From: Octopus bimaculoides
Taxonomy: Eukaryota
Assembly: GCF_001194135.2 (NCBI RefSeq)
Contig: NC_069004.1
Coordinates: 4,827,529-4,891,528, forward strand
Length of the DNA: 64,000 nt
Direction: 5' to 3'
Shown here piece by piece: positions 52,999 to 64,000 of the stretch. Below the pieces are notes generated by a model, which was given only the letters and a program-made list of their open reading frames with translations, was not told the origin of the DNA and did no database searches. The translations under genes and the position numbers were made by a program. The first letter of the stretch is position 1. Every line of letters begins with the position of its first letter.

Positions 52999-54978
52999 TA
53001 AATATACACTCACATGCTTGTACATATATGTGCGTGCGTGCGTGTGTGTGTATGTGTGTGTATGCTCGTATACACCTACCCACCTATAAAGACAGGTATA
53101 AAGGTAAATTCTATATACCTACCCGTCTTTACAGATGGGTATACGTATATATATATANNNNNNNNNNTTTGCTTCATGTGAAATTATGTATAAAAGAACG
53201 TAGTATTTACCTTCAGACTTAGTTAATACTCTTTTTTTCTTACTGTAGATTACGTATTTATTAATATAAGCAAGTAAAAGTTTGACTATGATTTCAGAGT
53301 TTTGACTTGTTTACCCTCATCAGACTTCCTGATAAAAACGAGCAAGTCGATAAACTTTTCTATATTTAATCTAACCTTCACTCATGGATATGCATCAATT
53401 CAAATTCTTTTATTATGAAATACGATTTTTTTTTTCACAAGGTTATGAGTTAACAAACTCGTTATGTGGGCACCAATCTTTAGTTATGCCGTTCATTCAT
53501 GCAGGAAATTTAATGGCTTTTGGATAAAATCCTTCTACTTTCAGAACATCATTATAGTATTCCGAAAACTTTTTCATTGGATGAATATTTAGAGAAGCGT
53601 AAAGAAATATTCTCGATTATCTAAGATTTGATTGTGATTGCTAGAATGCTTATGAATATAATGGAGATTCCCGTTGAATTGTCTATATGAGAGAAGAACT
53701 GCTAACTCTTATGATTAAGATTAATGGGCTATGATTAAGAATATTCACAAGACTGTCTAATTATTTTGTTATATTTTATAATAACTTCATATGTCTCAAC
53801 TGATTCTTCTTCTAAACGATCTCCAATTATTTGTACCAACATATTTAACTAACTCATTTAAATTCGCTCGCCATTAAATGATCCATTCATTTTCTTTGAT
53901 GCTCCACTAACCAAGCGTTTCAATACTAACTTCAAAAATCTTAACAAAAATTGTTTCCCTTCTCAGTTTGTAGAACAATGAGTAATAACTTCAAATTCTA
54001 TAAATTGTTTCATCGTAGTCAAACTATACTACTCCTAATATGTTTATAGATTATTATGTTTACTAGAATTCTTTAATCAATTGTTTCCCTTTTTTTTTTT
54101 TTTGTTATTTATCCCAGTAACACAAATCTTACGTTGTTCCAACATAAATCTCCATTCGCCTCACCCATTCCCAAAATAATTTTTTTCCCTCTTTCTCTCT
54201 CATGCACATTGTTTTCTCCTTTTTATCGATTTACTCCCAATCTTTTCACGGCAACCAGTTAGTAGTACACAAGCACTACGTTCCATTATTTCTTATTAAA
54301 AACGTATTTCTGCCTTTATTCAACCCTAATAAATTTATAACAATAATATACTAATATCATTGAGTTCTAAGTTTCCGTTGTTATCGGTACAATAATATTC
54401 AAAACTCGTATGTTTTAAGCTAAAATATATTATGTCTATATAGTTGACTTTCGGTCATCATTTGTCTAATTCTTCTCTATACAGAGTAGACGTACATTTG
54501 GAGAAGAGCAATGGGCACACCATTCCGTCGACTCGATGTTGACAAAAAAAAAAAAACACTGTACATTTGGAAATACAATCCTAGATGCACCATGACTTCA
54601 AAACTAGACTGTCACGATCGGGACACCTTTTTATTACTGCTTTGATTAAACATGGTTGACTTCGAATTAACAGGCGAATGAAAATGCCTATGATAACAGA
54701 ACTGAGATGGTCATTTCAAGAACGTCTTCGATCTGATGGGTTAGCATCGAGTTAAGGTTAAACTACATTAAACAAAAACGATGACTTCGGGCTGGTCTCG
54801 GGACGAACAAAAAGGGTATAAAAACCACAGTTAGACATGATGGTCAAACCTGGTAAGTCTTTGAAAATACGCCTGTTAAAAATACAACGAAAACAAAAGG
54901 ACAACAGCAGCAGTAACAGCTGCAGCAATGACGTCAATAATAGCGGGATAGTTTGAAAAGAATGTATATGAAACGTAA

Positions 54979-55050
54979 TGAAATCAGTTTCTGGTACAGA
55001 ACTGGCACCATCATATGAAATCAGTTTCTGGTACAGAACTGGCACCATCA
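54979..55050 (+). repeat. Perfect 35-bp direct repeat, period 37
   Basis: TGAAATCAGTTTCTGGTACAGAACTGGCACCATCA at 54979-55013 and 55016-55050. Confidence 0.95.
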
Positions 55051-55288
55051 ACGGTAAATATTGGCGCCAATATTGTCAGGTGATAAGGCAGGTGGTTTAA
55101 TAAAATAATCAAGACAAAAGCTGAGATTAAAGAAGATGGAATACAATAAAAATTCGGGAATATTACATTAAAGAACATATAGACATATGTGTGTATGTAT
55201 AAATATATGTATGCATATGCGTATATATAAATATTATACATATAACTATCTATCTATCTCTCTATCTATCTATCTATCTATCTATCTA

Positions 55289-55322
<34 letters not shown>

Positions 55323-56720
55323 NNNNNNNNNNNNNNNNNNNNNNNNNNNNNNNNNNNNNNNNNNNNNNNNNNNNNNNNNNNNNNNNNNNNNNNNNNNNNN
55401 NNNNNNNNNNNNNNNNNNNNNNNNNNNNNNNNNNNNNNNNNNNNNNNNNNNNNNNNNNNNNNNNNNNNNNNNNNNNNNNNNNNNNNNNNNNNNNNNNNNN
55501 NNNNNNNNNNNNNNNNNNNNNNNNNNNNNNNNNNNNNNNNNNNNNNNNNNNNNNNNNNNNNNNNNNNNNNNNNNNNNNNNNNNNNNNNNNNNNNNNNNNN
55601 NNNNNNNNNNNNNNNNNNNNNNNNNNNNNNNNNNNNNNNNNNNNNNNNNNNNNNNNNNNNNNNNNNNNNNNNNNNNNNNNNNNNNNNNNNNNNNNNNNNN
55701 NNNNNNNNNNNNNNNNNNNNNNTGATATATGAGTCCCCAGCTCGTTCGTGATTTCGTGCGGCACCGTGTCTCAGTTTACCACAAAAAAATAGTTAAAACA
55801 TCTTATCGTTAATTTCAAATTGAGCCCGAACTGTCGTTGTTCGACAACTTACAGCTGCAATGGCTGCCGAAAACTTTAACATCAGATAACGCCATTTTCG
55901 TTAGTATGCAATTTTTTTCTTTACACTCAATCTTTTGAAAATTTTCTTTGAGCAAGATTTAATACGTACACACACATATATACAAATATATGTATGAACA
56001 CAACATACACGCACACACACTCATACACATACACATACACTCATAAATAATATATGTGCGCGTGTATGTATGTGTTTCTGTGATTGTGTGTGTATACATA
56101 TGTATATCGTTGTGTGTACGTTTATATATGTATACACATATTTTGTATAGCTACGTATGTTTTTCGAAGTTTCAATTTCGTTTTTCAGAATAATATATAA
56201 TTTTATCTAAAAGAAGTGTTATACACACACACAGACACACGCACATATATATATATATATATATTCATACATATATATTTGTGTATAGATATCTATATGT
56301 ATACACATACAAATACTTATAAATATATGTATGTGTGTGTATGAGTATGTATGTATACTAATATTTAGATATATGTGTGCGTGAAATATATCTTGCTTCA
56401 GAAAATAATTTTTGTACGTGTTTCGTGGATACAGCATATATTATCAATAAGAAAAATGAAATCTTGGTTTCTATTATCAAAACTTTTTTAACGTGCTTTC
56501 GCTCCCCTGCTAAATATGTGTGCATGTATTGTTCTCTGCATGTGGTCATGTGCGGCGTACATGTGTGTGTCCATCTGTGTGTGCGTGTGTGTGTGTCTGT
56601 GTGTGTGTGTGTGTGTGCACGTGCATGCGCATGTATGTATTTGTGTGCATGTGTGTGTTGATGTTCTTATTTATAATGTAACAAACTTTAAGCGACTTTT
56701 TTTATAAAAAAAACTATATG

Positions 56721-56751
<31 letters not shown>

Positions 56752-57197
56752 TAATATATATATACGCACGCACACATACACAAAAAATCATACATACATA
56801 CAAAACCTCATAGTTATCTATCATCAAATATTTAAAAATACATATATACATATGTTTATATATGCATACCCTAAGATGAAAAAAAAAAAAAAAANNNNNN
56901 NNNNNNNNNNNNNNNNNNNNNNNNNNNNNNNNNNNNNNNNNNNNNNNNNNNNNNNNNNNNNNNNNNNNNNNNNNNNNNNNNNNNNNNNNNNNNNNNNNNN
57001 NNNNNNNNNNNNNNNNNNNNNNNNNNNNNNNNNNNNNNNNNNNNNNNNNNNNNNNNNNNNNNNNNNNNNNNNNNNNNNNNNNNNNNNNNNNNNNNNNNNN
57101 NNNNNNNNNNNNNNNNNNNNNNNNNNNNNNNNNNNNNNNNNNNNNNNNNNNNNNNNNNNNNNNNNNNNNNNNNNNNNNNNNNNNNNNNNNNNNNNNN

Positions 57198-57245
<48 letters not shown>

Positions 57246-57565
57246 TGTACATATGTGCTGTGTAAAGACGTGTGTGTGAGTGTGGAGGGAGAGAGGGTGA
57301 GTGGGAGTGACTGACAGAGAGGGAGAAAGTGCAATATTGAAAACTGGAGAAAGATACGGTGTACATTTTTTCGTTTGGAATTTTTGTTTTTTTTTTTGGT
57401 CTTTGTTAGATGTTTTAGCATCTGCTATGCAAATGATAACATATCTGTAATTATTATGTAATATTTTTAACAATAACAACTCCCACACTACACTATTATT
57501 GTTGCGTCGGATGCTACTACTACTACTACTACTACTAAAACTACAACTACTACTACCACTGTATA

Positions 57566-57614
<49 letters not shown>

Positions 57615-57618
<4 letters not shown>

Positions 57619-57688
57619 TCTACTAAAAGCACAAGGCCTGAAGCTTTGTGGGAGGAAACTAGTCGATTAGATCGACCCTAGTGTTTCA
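57615..57688 (-). mobile_element. SINE type B 3' end with expanded (ATT)n tail
   Basis: CTTTCTACTAAAAGCACAAGGCCTGAA matches 49835-49860; adjoins (AAT)n 57567-57614. Confidence 0.8.
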
Positions 57689-58268
57689 TATATATTAAAC
57701 CACGGTTTAACCTTTAAGTTACCTACTACCGTATACCTTATAACGAGAACTATATATACCGAGGTAATACACCAGGAGTGTATACGGATACATCTATCCC
57801 TTAGATGGTTGAATAAACTCTAACTTGTATATTATATATATGTGTATATATATGTACGAGTAATAAATTGAAATTAATACAAACTTAGGCATAACTTGTT
57901 CATTAATTGTTATGTCTTTCTCTAATCCAAGATACAGTTCAACCTAACATATTGTTCTATTTTCAGTGTGACACCACACAACTCTCCTATCCTCTTTGAA
58001 AAAGTTGCAGGGTCGCACTGTACAACCATTTTATCTTGCCTGTGTCACCAATTTCTTGTTCCCGAAGATTATCCTCCACTACTTCAAACGGTTGAAAGCC
58101 TGGTGGAGTAACATTAGGTCTTTACAAGGCATGAGAGACCACTAACCAACCCAGTTAGTTCAATGCCGTCTTTGTAATCAAACAAGTGTGTGGACGCACA
58201 TTTAGTTGGAAGACGTGAATTTTTTGCAGATTCTCATTTGATCTCTCGCCTATAATGGATAGATAGAT

Positions 58269-58323
<55 letters not shown>

Positions 58324-59389
58324 GAGCATCGAAATAAGGACAGGTAAAAAGAATAGTGGATAGACATTTGAAAAGCATTGGTAATATGTTTTCAGTTATA
58401 TGTCTATATNNNNNNNNNNNNNNNNNNNNNNNNNNNNNNNNNNNNNNNNNNNNNNNNNNNNNNNNNNNNNNNNNNNNNNNNNNNNNNNNNNNNNNNNNNN
58501 NNNNNNNNNNNNNNNNNNNNNNNNNNNNNNNNNNNNNNNNNNNNNNNNNNNNNNNNNNNNNNNNNNNNNNNNNNNNNNNNNNNNNNNNNNNNNNNNNNNN
58601 NNNNNNNNNNNNNNNNNNTATATATATATATATATATATATATGTCTATATATATATGCATACATATGTAATATATATATATATATATGTAGGTATGCAT
58701 ATGCATATATATATGTATGTATATGTATATATATATATATTCATATATGATATAGATGTATATATGTAAGCATATCCATATATATAGACAAACATATATA
58801 TACATACATATAATATATATGTATATATTTATCCAAAAACCTATATGTATACATATATTTATACGTGTGTATGTATACATGTCTGTGCATATGAGCGTGT
58901 AATACATATATGAGTACCTATATATGTAAGTCTATAACACACGCTTACATTTTCTCTATCTGTTTCTCTCCGTCTCTTTCTCTCCGTCTCTCTCACATAC
59001 ATTCACTCACGAACGCTTTATATGAGCTTTTTTAAACAGTGTGAGTAATTTGAAGGGTTAGTTTGGCTCTTCACGAAATTGTTTCATAAAGATTTTACTT
59101 CATTATTTATAACACAATCATGCTATCTTAAGCTCTTTTTCCCTGTCAATATAATAGCTGTATTTAATTTTTGCTATTGTTCAAGTAATTTGATACAAAA
59201 TTCTACATAATGCCGTATCTAATATTACCAATTCATATAATTGAACTCATATATTTCAAATACAACGCAAAAATTTATTGCTTAAAAATGTACAGAAATA
59301 CACCACACATGAAATATGAGGATAAAGTTATATAAGACACAAACCAACACACACACACATACATACTTACAAACATGTATGTATATATT

Positions 59390-59507
<118 letters not shown>

Positions 59508-60201
59508 AATATATATACGTGTGTGTATATACATGTGTATATTTATTTTATATTTTTGCATGGATATATATATAATAAATATGTTTATTTAAGAACATAA
59601 TAAACCAGATTAAATTTATTTATATACATATCTATGTAAGTGTGCGAACTTGTGAGTGTATCCCTGTGTATATGTATGTATGCATGTAGATATTTCTGTA
59701 GAGTTCTGTATACGTAAACACACTTATAATTTCCTATTCATACCTACGTGTTTATGCATATATATATATATATGTATGTATATACGTATAGGCACGTATA
59801 TATATATATATATGCATATATATGTATATGTTTATGCATATATATGTGCATAGTATACACCCACATGCATACATACATACATACATACATACATACATAC
59901 ATACGTACGTACGTACATATGCTCAGACTATCACATGCGTACATACGCAGAAAGAAAATGAATTTAAGGGAAAAAAATTACGATGCTTATATGTTTCCGT
60001 TGAGAATCGAAATTTATCTAAATATTCATTGATATTATCTTCCATACAGAGAAATAATATAGAAAACTCTAACATTTTTAGCAACTGTTGAATCTCTCGT
60101 TAGAATGCAAGAAACCCCTATCTTTCTAAGAATAGTAGCTGCTATTTATATTAATCCTAAACCATAATATCACAGCATATTCTTAAACCAATTTGCATTA
60201 C

Positions 60202-60283
60202 TCTCTTTTAGTTTTTTTACACGTTTCATTCATTTAACTGCGGCCATACTAGAGCACCACCTGTAGTCGAACAAATCGACCCC
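60202..60283 (-). mobile_element. SINE type A 3' end
   Basis: GTTTCATTCATTTAACTGCGGCCATACTAGAGCACC...GTCGAACAAATCGACCCC is the reverse complement of the type A tail. Confidence 0.7.
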
Positions 60284-60655
60284 ATATATATTTATATACA
60301 TATATCGTGTAACAACATATTTCTTCTTCTGTTATGCCTTTTCTGATGTTTCCTTCATTTTTTGCACTGACGAGAATCGTAATATATAATCCATATGTAC
60401 ATATATCTATATATATCATGTATATTTTATATATATATATATATATNNNNNNNNNNNNNNNNNNNNNNNNNNNNNNNNNNNNNNNNNNNNNNNNNNNNNN
60501 NNNNNNNNNNNNNNNNNNNNNNNNNNNNNNNNNNNNNNNNNNNNNNNNNNNNNNNNNNNNNNNNNNNNNNNNTATATATACATATATGAATATATGAATA
60601 TATGTATAGTTATGTACGTATGTATGTATATATATTTGTATGTATGTATGTAAGC

Positions 60656-60710
<55 letters not shown>

Positions 60711-60887
60711 TACACACATATAATTATGTATAGTTATTTACACACATGAATATATGTACATACACAATAATAAACAGCCGTATATACATGCCCGTTGGTA
60801 TATACACCATAAATACATGACGACACAGCATAATACGTACTCACATACCACGGAAGCACCCAAAGTAAGCACTCAACGACACACACG

Positions 60888-60929
<42 letters not shown>

Positions 60930-61239
60930 TCCAATGAAACAGAAATAAAGCACATCCACACACGCGCGCACATTCAAACGCACACATGGACTCACATAGC
61001 TCATATACATCGCACGCAGTCGCATACGATGCATATAGCGACGTTAGTAGGACTTATTAATCTACCAGTACGAACTGTTAAACATGAAACAGGGCAGATT
61101 TGAGATAAACACGCAACCGATTGTTGTTCGTAATGGCGAACGCTTCATATGTCTGTTAAAACATCTGTATGTTTACAACGTTACAAGAAGAAATATGAAT
61201 ATTTAATTCGTGTATTCAAAGAAATATTAATTCCCCTCT

Positions 61240-61252
61240 TCTCCATATTATT

Positions 61253-61285
<33 letters not shown>

Positions 61286-61344
61286 ACTTATTAATATTAT
61301 TACTTATTATTATTATTATCTATTATTGTTAATATTATTATTAA

Positions 61345-61386
<42 letters not shown>

Positions 61387-61405
61387 TTATTATTATTATT
61401 TATTA

Positions 61406-61488
<83 letters not shown>

Positions 61489-61539
61489 ATCTATTATTGT
61501 TAATATTATTATTATTTATTATTGTTATTATTATTATTA

Positions 61540-61576
<37 letters not shown>

Positions 61577-62140
61577 TAACGTTAGTGTTATTGTTATTTT
61601 TATCATCATCGTGGTCGTCGTCGTCATCGTTGTTGTCATCTCCGTCAACATCGTCATCAGAATCATTTTCCTTCTCTACTTGTTCTTCATCTTTTTTTTC
61701 CTCTTCTTCTTCTCTCCGTTTTTCATCGCTCTTCTGACTTCTCCTTCATCTCCTCGTTCTCATCTTCCTTTTGTATTCTTCTCCATTCATCTTCGTCATC
61801 ATATTTCCTCTTTCCCTTCATCTGGACTTGCCATTGTTGTTGTTGTTCTTGTTCTTCTTTTTCTTCATCTTTACCCCGTCTTTCTTTACTTTCTCACATT
61901 CTTTCTGTCATCTCTTCCTCACATCCCCTGCGTTTTTTACTCCTCTTCTTTCAACTCCGTCTTCTTTTTTCTTCTCTTTCTTTTTCTCCTCCCTCTTTCT
62001 CGTCTTCTTCACCTTCTCATCATTCTTCTCCCTCACCGCCACCTGTCGTACACGTTTCAATCCTCATATACTCTTCTTCTTCTTCTTCTTCTACTACTCC
62101 TACCACTTCTCTTCCTCTTCCTCCTCCTCCTCCCCCTCCT
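61240..62140 (+). repeat. Compound (ATT)n followed by TCN-rich low-complexity array
   Basis: Direct reading; source of the poly-L/I/Y/S ORFs. Confidence 0.9.
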
Positions 62141-62861
62141 GTGTTCATGCGGTATTTACTTCTGTATGTCAGTGTATGTTTGTTTACGTGGGAATGCTTA
62201 TCTAATGCATATTAACATGTGTGCGCGGGCGTGTGGGTACCTAGATGTTTCATATACACCCCACAGTCTACATCACGCAATTACATCACTAACAAGCATG
62301 TAAGCGTGACGTATGTGCTTCGTGTGTGCGTGTATGTGTGTTTGCGTATGCATGTATGCGTATGTGCTTGTGTGTGTGTGTGTGTGTTTGTGTTTGTGTG
62401 TGTGTGTGTGTGTGCGTCTTGATATTCTTCGTGCGCACACAACATATCTTTCCATTCTATATATAACATGTGTCTCTCTCTTTGATGAGCCGTCGCTCGG
62501 TTCATTTTGCACCACATTTGTGTACATACAACTACGATTTCAAAAAAAAAAAAGAAAAAGAAAAAGAAAATTAACTAAATGTAGCGAGGAATCAAACGAA
62601 ATGGTTTTATTTGTTCAAAGACTCACGAGATATGTCTTCTAAATCCGAAATATTGTTCGGAAAGGAAAGTTAGCTGTGGTGGAGTTTAAATGGAAACGTA
62701 TAAAACCTTGATGTTTTGCGGTTTGTTGTTCGCTGAGGATTTAGTATTTTTCCTTGTTTATTCCTGTTTTTCTCTTTCTGTCTTGCTGACGATTCTCGTG
62801 GCTGCTTGTTTTCATAACAACAGAAACAGCAACAACAACAACAACAACAGTAATAATACAA

Positions 62862-63002
62862 GGTATCGAAGTGATGGCAGAGCAACGTGAGATGAAGTGT
62901 TTTGCTTCAGAACTCAACTCATCACCCGGTCTAGGAACGGAAACTACGATCTCGCGATCGTGAGTGCAACATCCTAAACATTAAACACTAGGTCAAGCGC
63001 CC

Positions 63003-63003
<1 letters not shown>
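62862..63003 (-). mobile_element. tRNA-SINE head (type D), CORE-like GCAAAACACTTCATCTCACGTTGCTC block
   Basis: Minus strand reads GGCGCTTGACCTAGTG...CACTCACGATCGCGAGATCGTAGTTTCCGTTCCTAGACCGGG, paralleling the head of 17104-17180. Confidence 0.65.
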
Positions 63004-63068
<65 letters not shown>

Positions 63069-63129
63069 TACTACTACTATTATTATTATCATCAATCAAT
63101 ACATGAATATCATGGGCATCGATTTTAGC

Positions 63130-63233
63130 AACCTTGAAAGGGTAGAATTCAAAGTTGATGACGGGGAAATTTGAACCCCGATCGTAAACAGACAGAACGT
63201 GTACGGACGGGCATAATGTAACTCTACCTACCG
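63130..63233 (-). mobile_element. SINE type B, highly diverged
   Basis: CCTTGAAAGGGTAG...AAAGTTGA...GGAAATTTGAAC. Confidence 0.45.
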
Positions 63234-63334
63234 TTTATACTACGCCATAATCTTGGTAATGGTAATAAAAATAGCAGCAGCACGGTGAAAAGCGAATATT
63301 ATCAGCAAGAAATAACCAACAAGTAATGGAAATA

Positions 63335-64000
63335 GAGAGAGAATTTAAGGAGAGAAAGAGAGAAGAGTGATAGGACAAATAGCTAAAAAGGAAACATATT
63401 ACGTGACCGATTCATGCAATAAACCGGGAATGTTGGAAGTAAAAAGCACTGGTTAGGGCTGATAGATAGAAATCTAAAACGAGAAAATAAATCGCTGATT
63501 ATAGCCGCTTAGGAGCAAGCCATTTGAACGAAACTGATAAAGACAAAGACTGATAAAATTCTGCGATAGCGCAAATTCAGAATTTGCGGAAAAGGGTATA
63601 AAAGTATGAATCACCTGTTAAGTGAATGAGGTAAGCTAGCGCAAAAAGAGTATGAGCGCGCAAGCTTGCTTCTATCGGTAAAAGAGTTCATTGCGACGTT
63701 AGCCGACTGTGTGGATTCAAAGTAGCAGAAAAATGTTATGAACTGGATCTAGGGACACATGGGAGGTAATAATAATTAATGGATTTTATGGGTTATCTTC
63801 GTAAAATAAGAGGTCAGATATAATTGTGGTGGAAAGAAAACAGCTTAATTATAGAGGCATAGATTTTGCTATTCCATTTGATAACAAAATGGATACCAAG
63901 GAAATTGAGAGAACTGAGAAAATATCAGATCCAAGCCAGAGGATTTAAGAGATTATGGAAGACTGAAGTGAAATTATTCCTGTGTTGATTGGTGCATTCG
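63335..64000 (+). mobile_element. R4/Dong-like non-LTR retrotransposon C-terminal remnant (CCHC knuckle + restriction-like endonuclease), continues past window end
   Basis: LKRENKSLIIAA*EQAI*T...KFRICGKGYKSMNHLLSE*GKLAQKEYER, CGFKVAEKCYE, KRSDIIVVERK...IDFAIPFDNKMDTKEIE, KYQ...KRLWK, IIPVLIGAF; multiple stops and frameshifts. Confidence 0.8.

Noticed and set aside
53284-53330. Fourth hammerhead on the minus strand (CTGATGA...GAAA...GTC)
   Set aside because: Stem II needs an extra base before GAAA and stem I needs a 2-nt offset; too degenerate to support.
53580-53720. hAT dimerisation-domain remnant
   Set aside because: Resemblance too weak with several stops.
54817-54858. TATA box plus short first exon ending in GTAAGT
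   Set aside because: Spacing to a plausible initiator is wrong, and TATA-like words are uninformative in this AT-rich DNA.
48282-55050. CRISPR array (18-bp x4 and 35-bp x2 repeats)
   Set aside because: No unique spacers, no cas genes, eukaryotic context.
63570-63588. Perfect 9-bp hairpin CGCAAATTC-A-GAATTTGCG
   Set aside because: Short, lies inside the R4-like coding remnant, expected by chance.

Overview
AT-rich, microsatellite-saturated eukaryotic draft-assembly DNA with 29 N-gaps (about 10.8 kb by my count, ~17%), most of them bordered by (TA)n or similar repeats. The tRNA-derived SINE families and repeat landscape resemble an octopus (coleoid cephalopod) genome; this is inference from recall. 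No recognisable protein-coding gene, rRNA, true tRNA or CRISPR array was found, and nearly all ORFs in the track are microsatellite or gap artefacts. The window is a transposable-element graveyard. It contains about 18 copies or fragments of four tRNA-SINE types (my labels A-D) and decayed Tc1-like, mariner, DD37D/maT-like, Helitron, CR1-like, L1/Tx1-like and R4/Dong-like coding remnants. It also holds a Helentron-type non-autonomous element and four unrelated fold-back palindromes. The most interesting signals are structural RNA-like. Three different minimal type I hammerhead ribozyme motifs lie on the + strand within 4.9 kb (33929-38761), each with a palindromic stem III. A gapless 90-bp-arm palindrome (28430-28615) has mismatches that are mostly G-U wobbles on the minus strand. 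A 75-nt pre-miRNA-like hairpin lies at 2169-2243.
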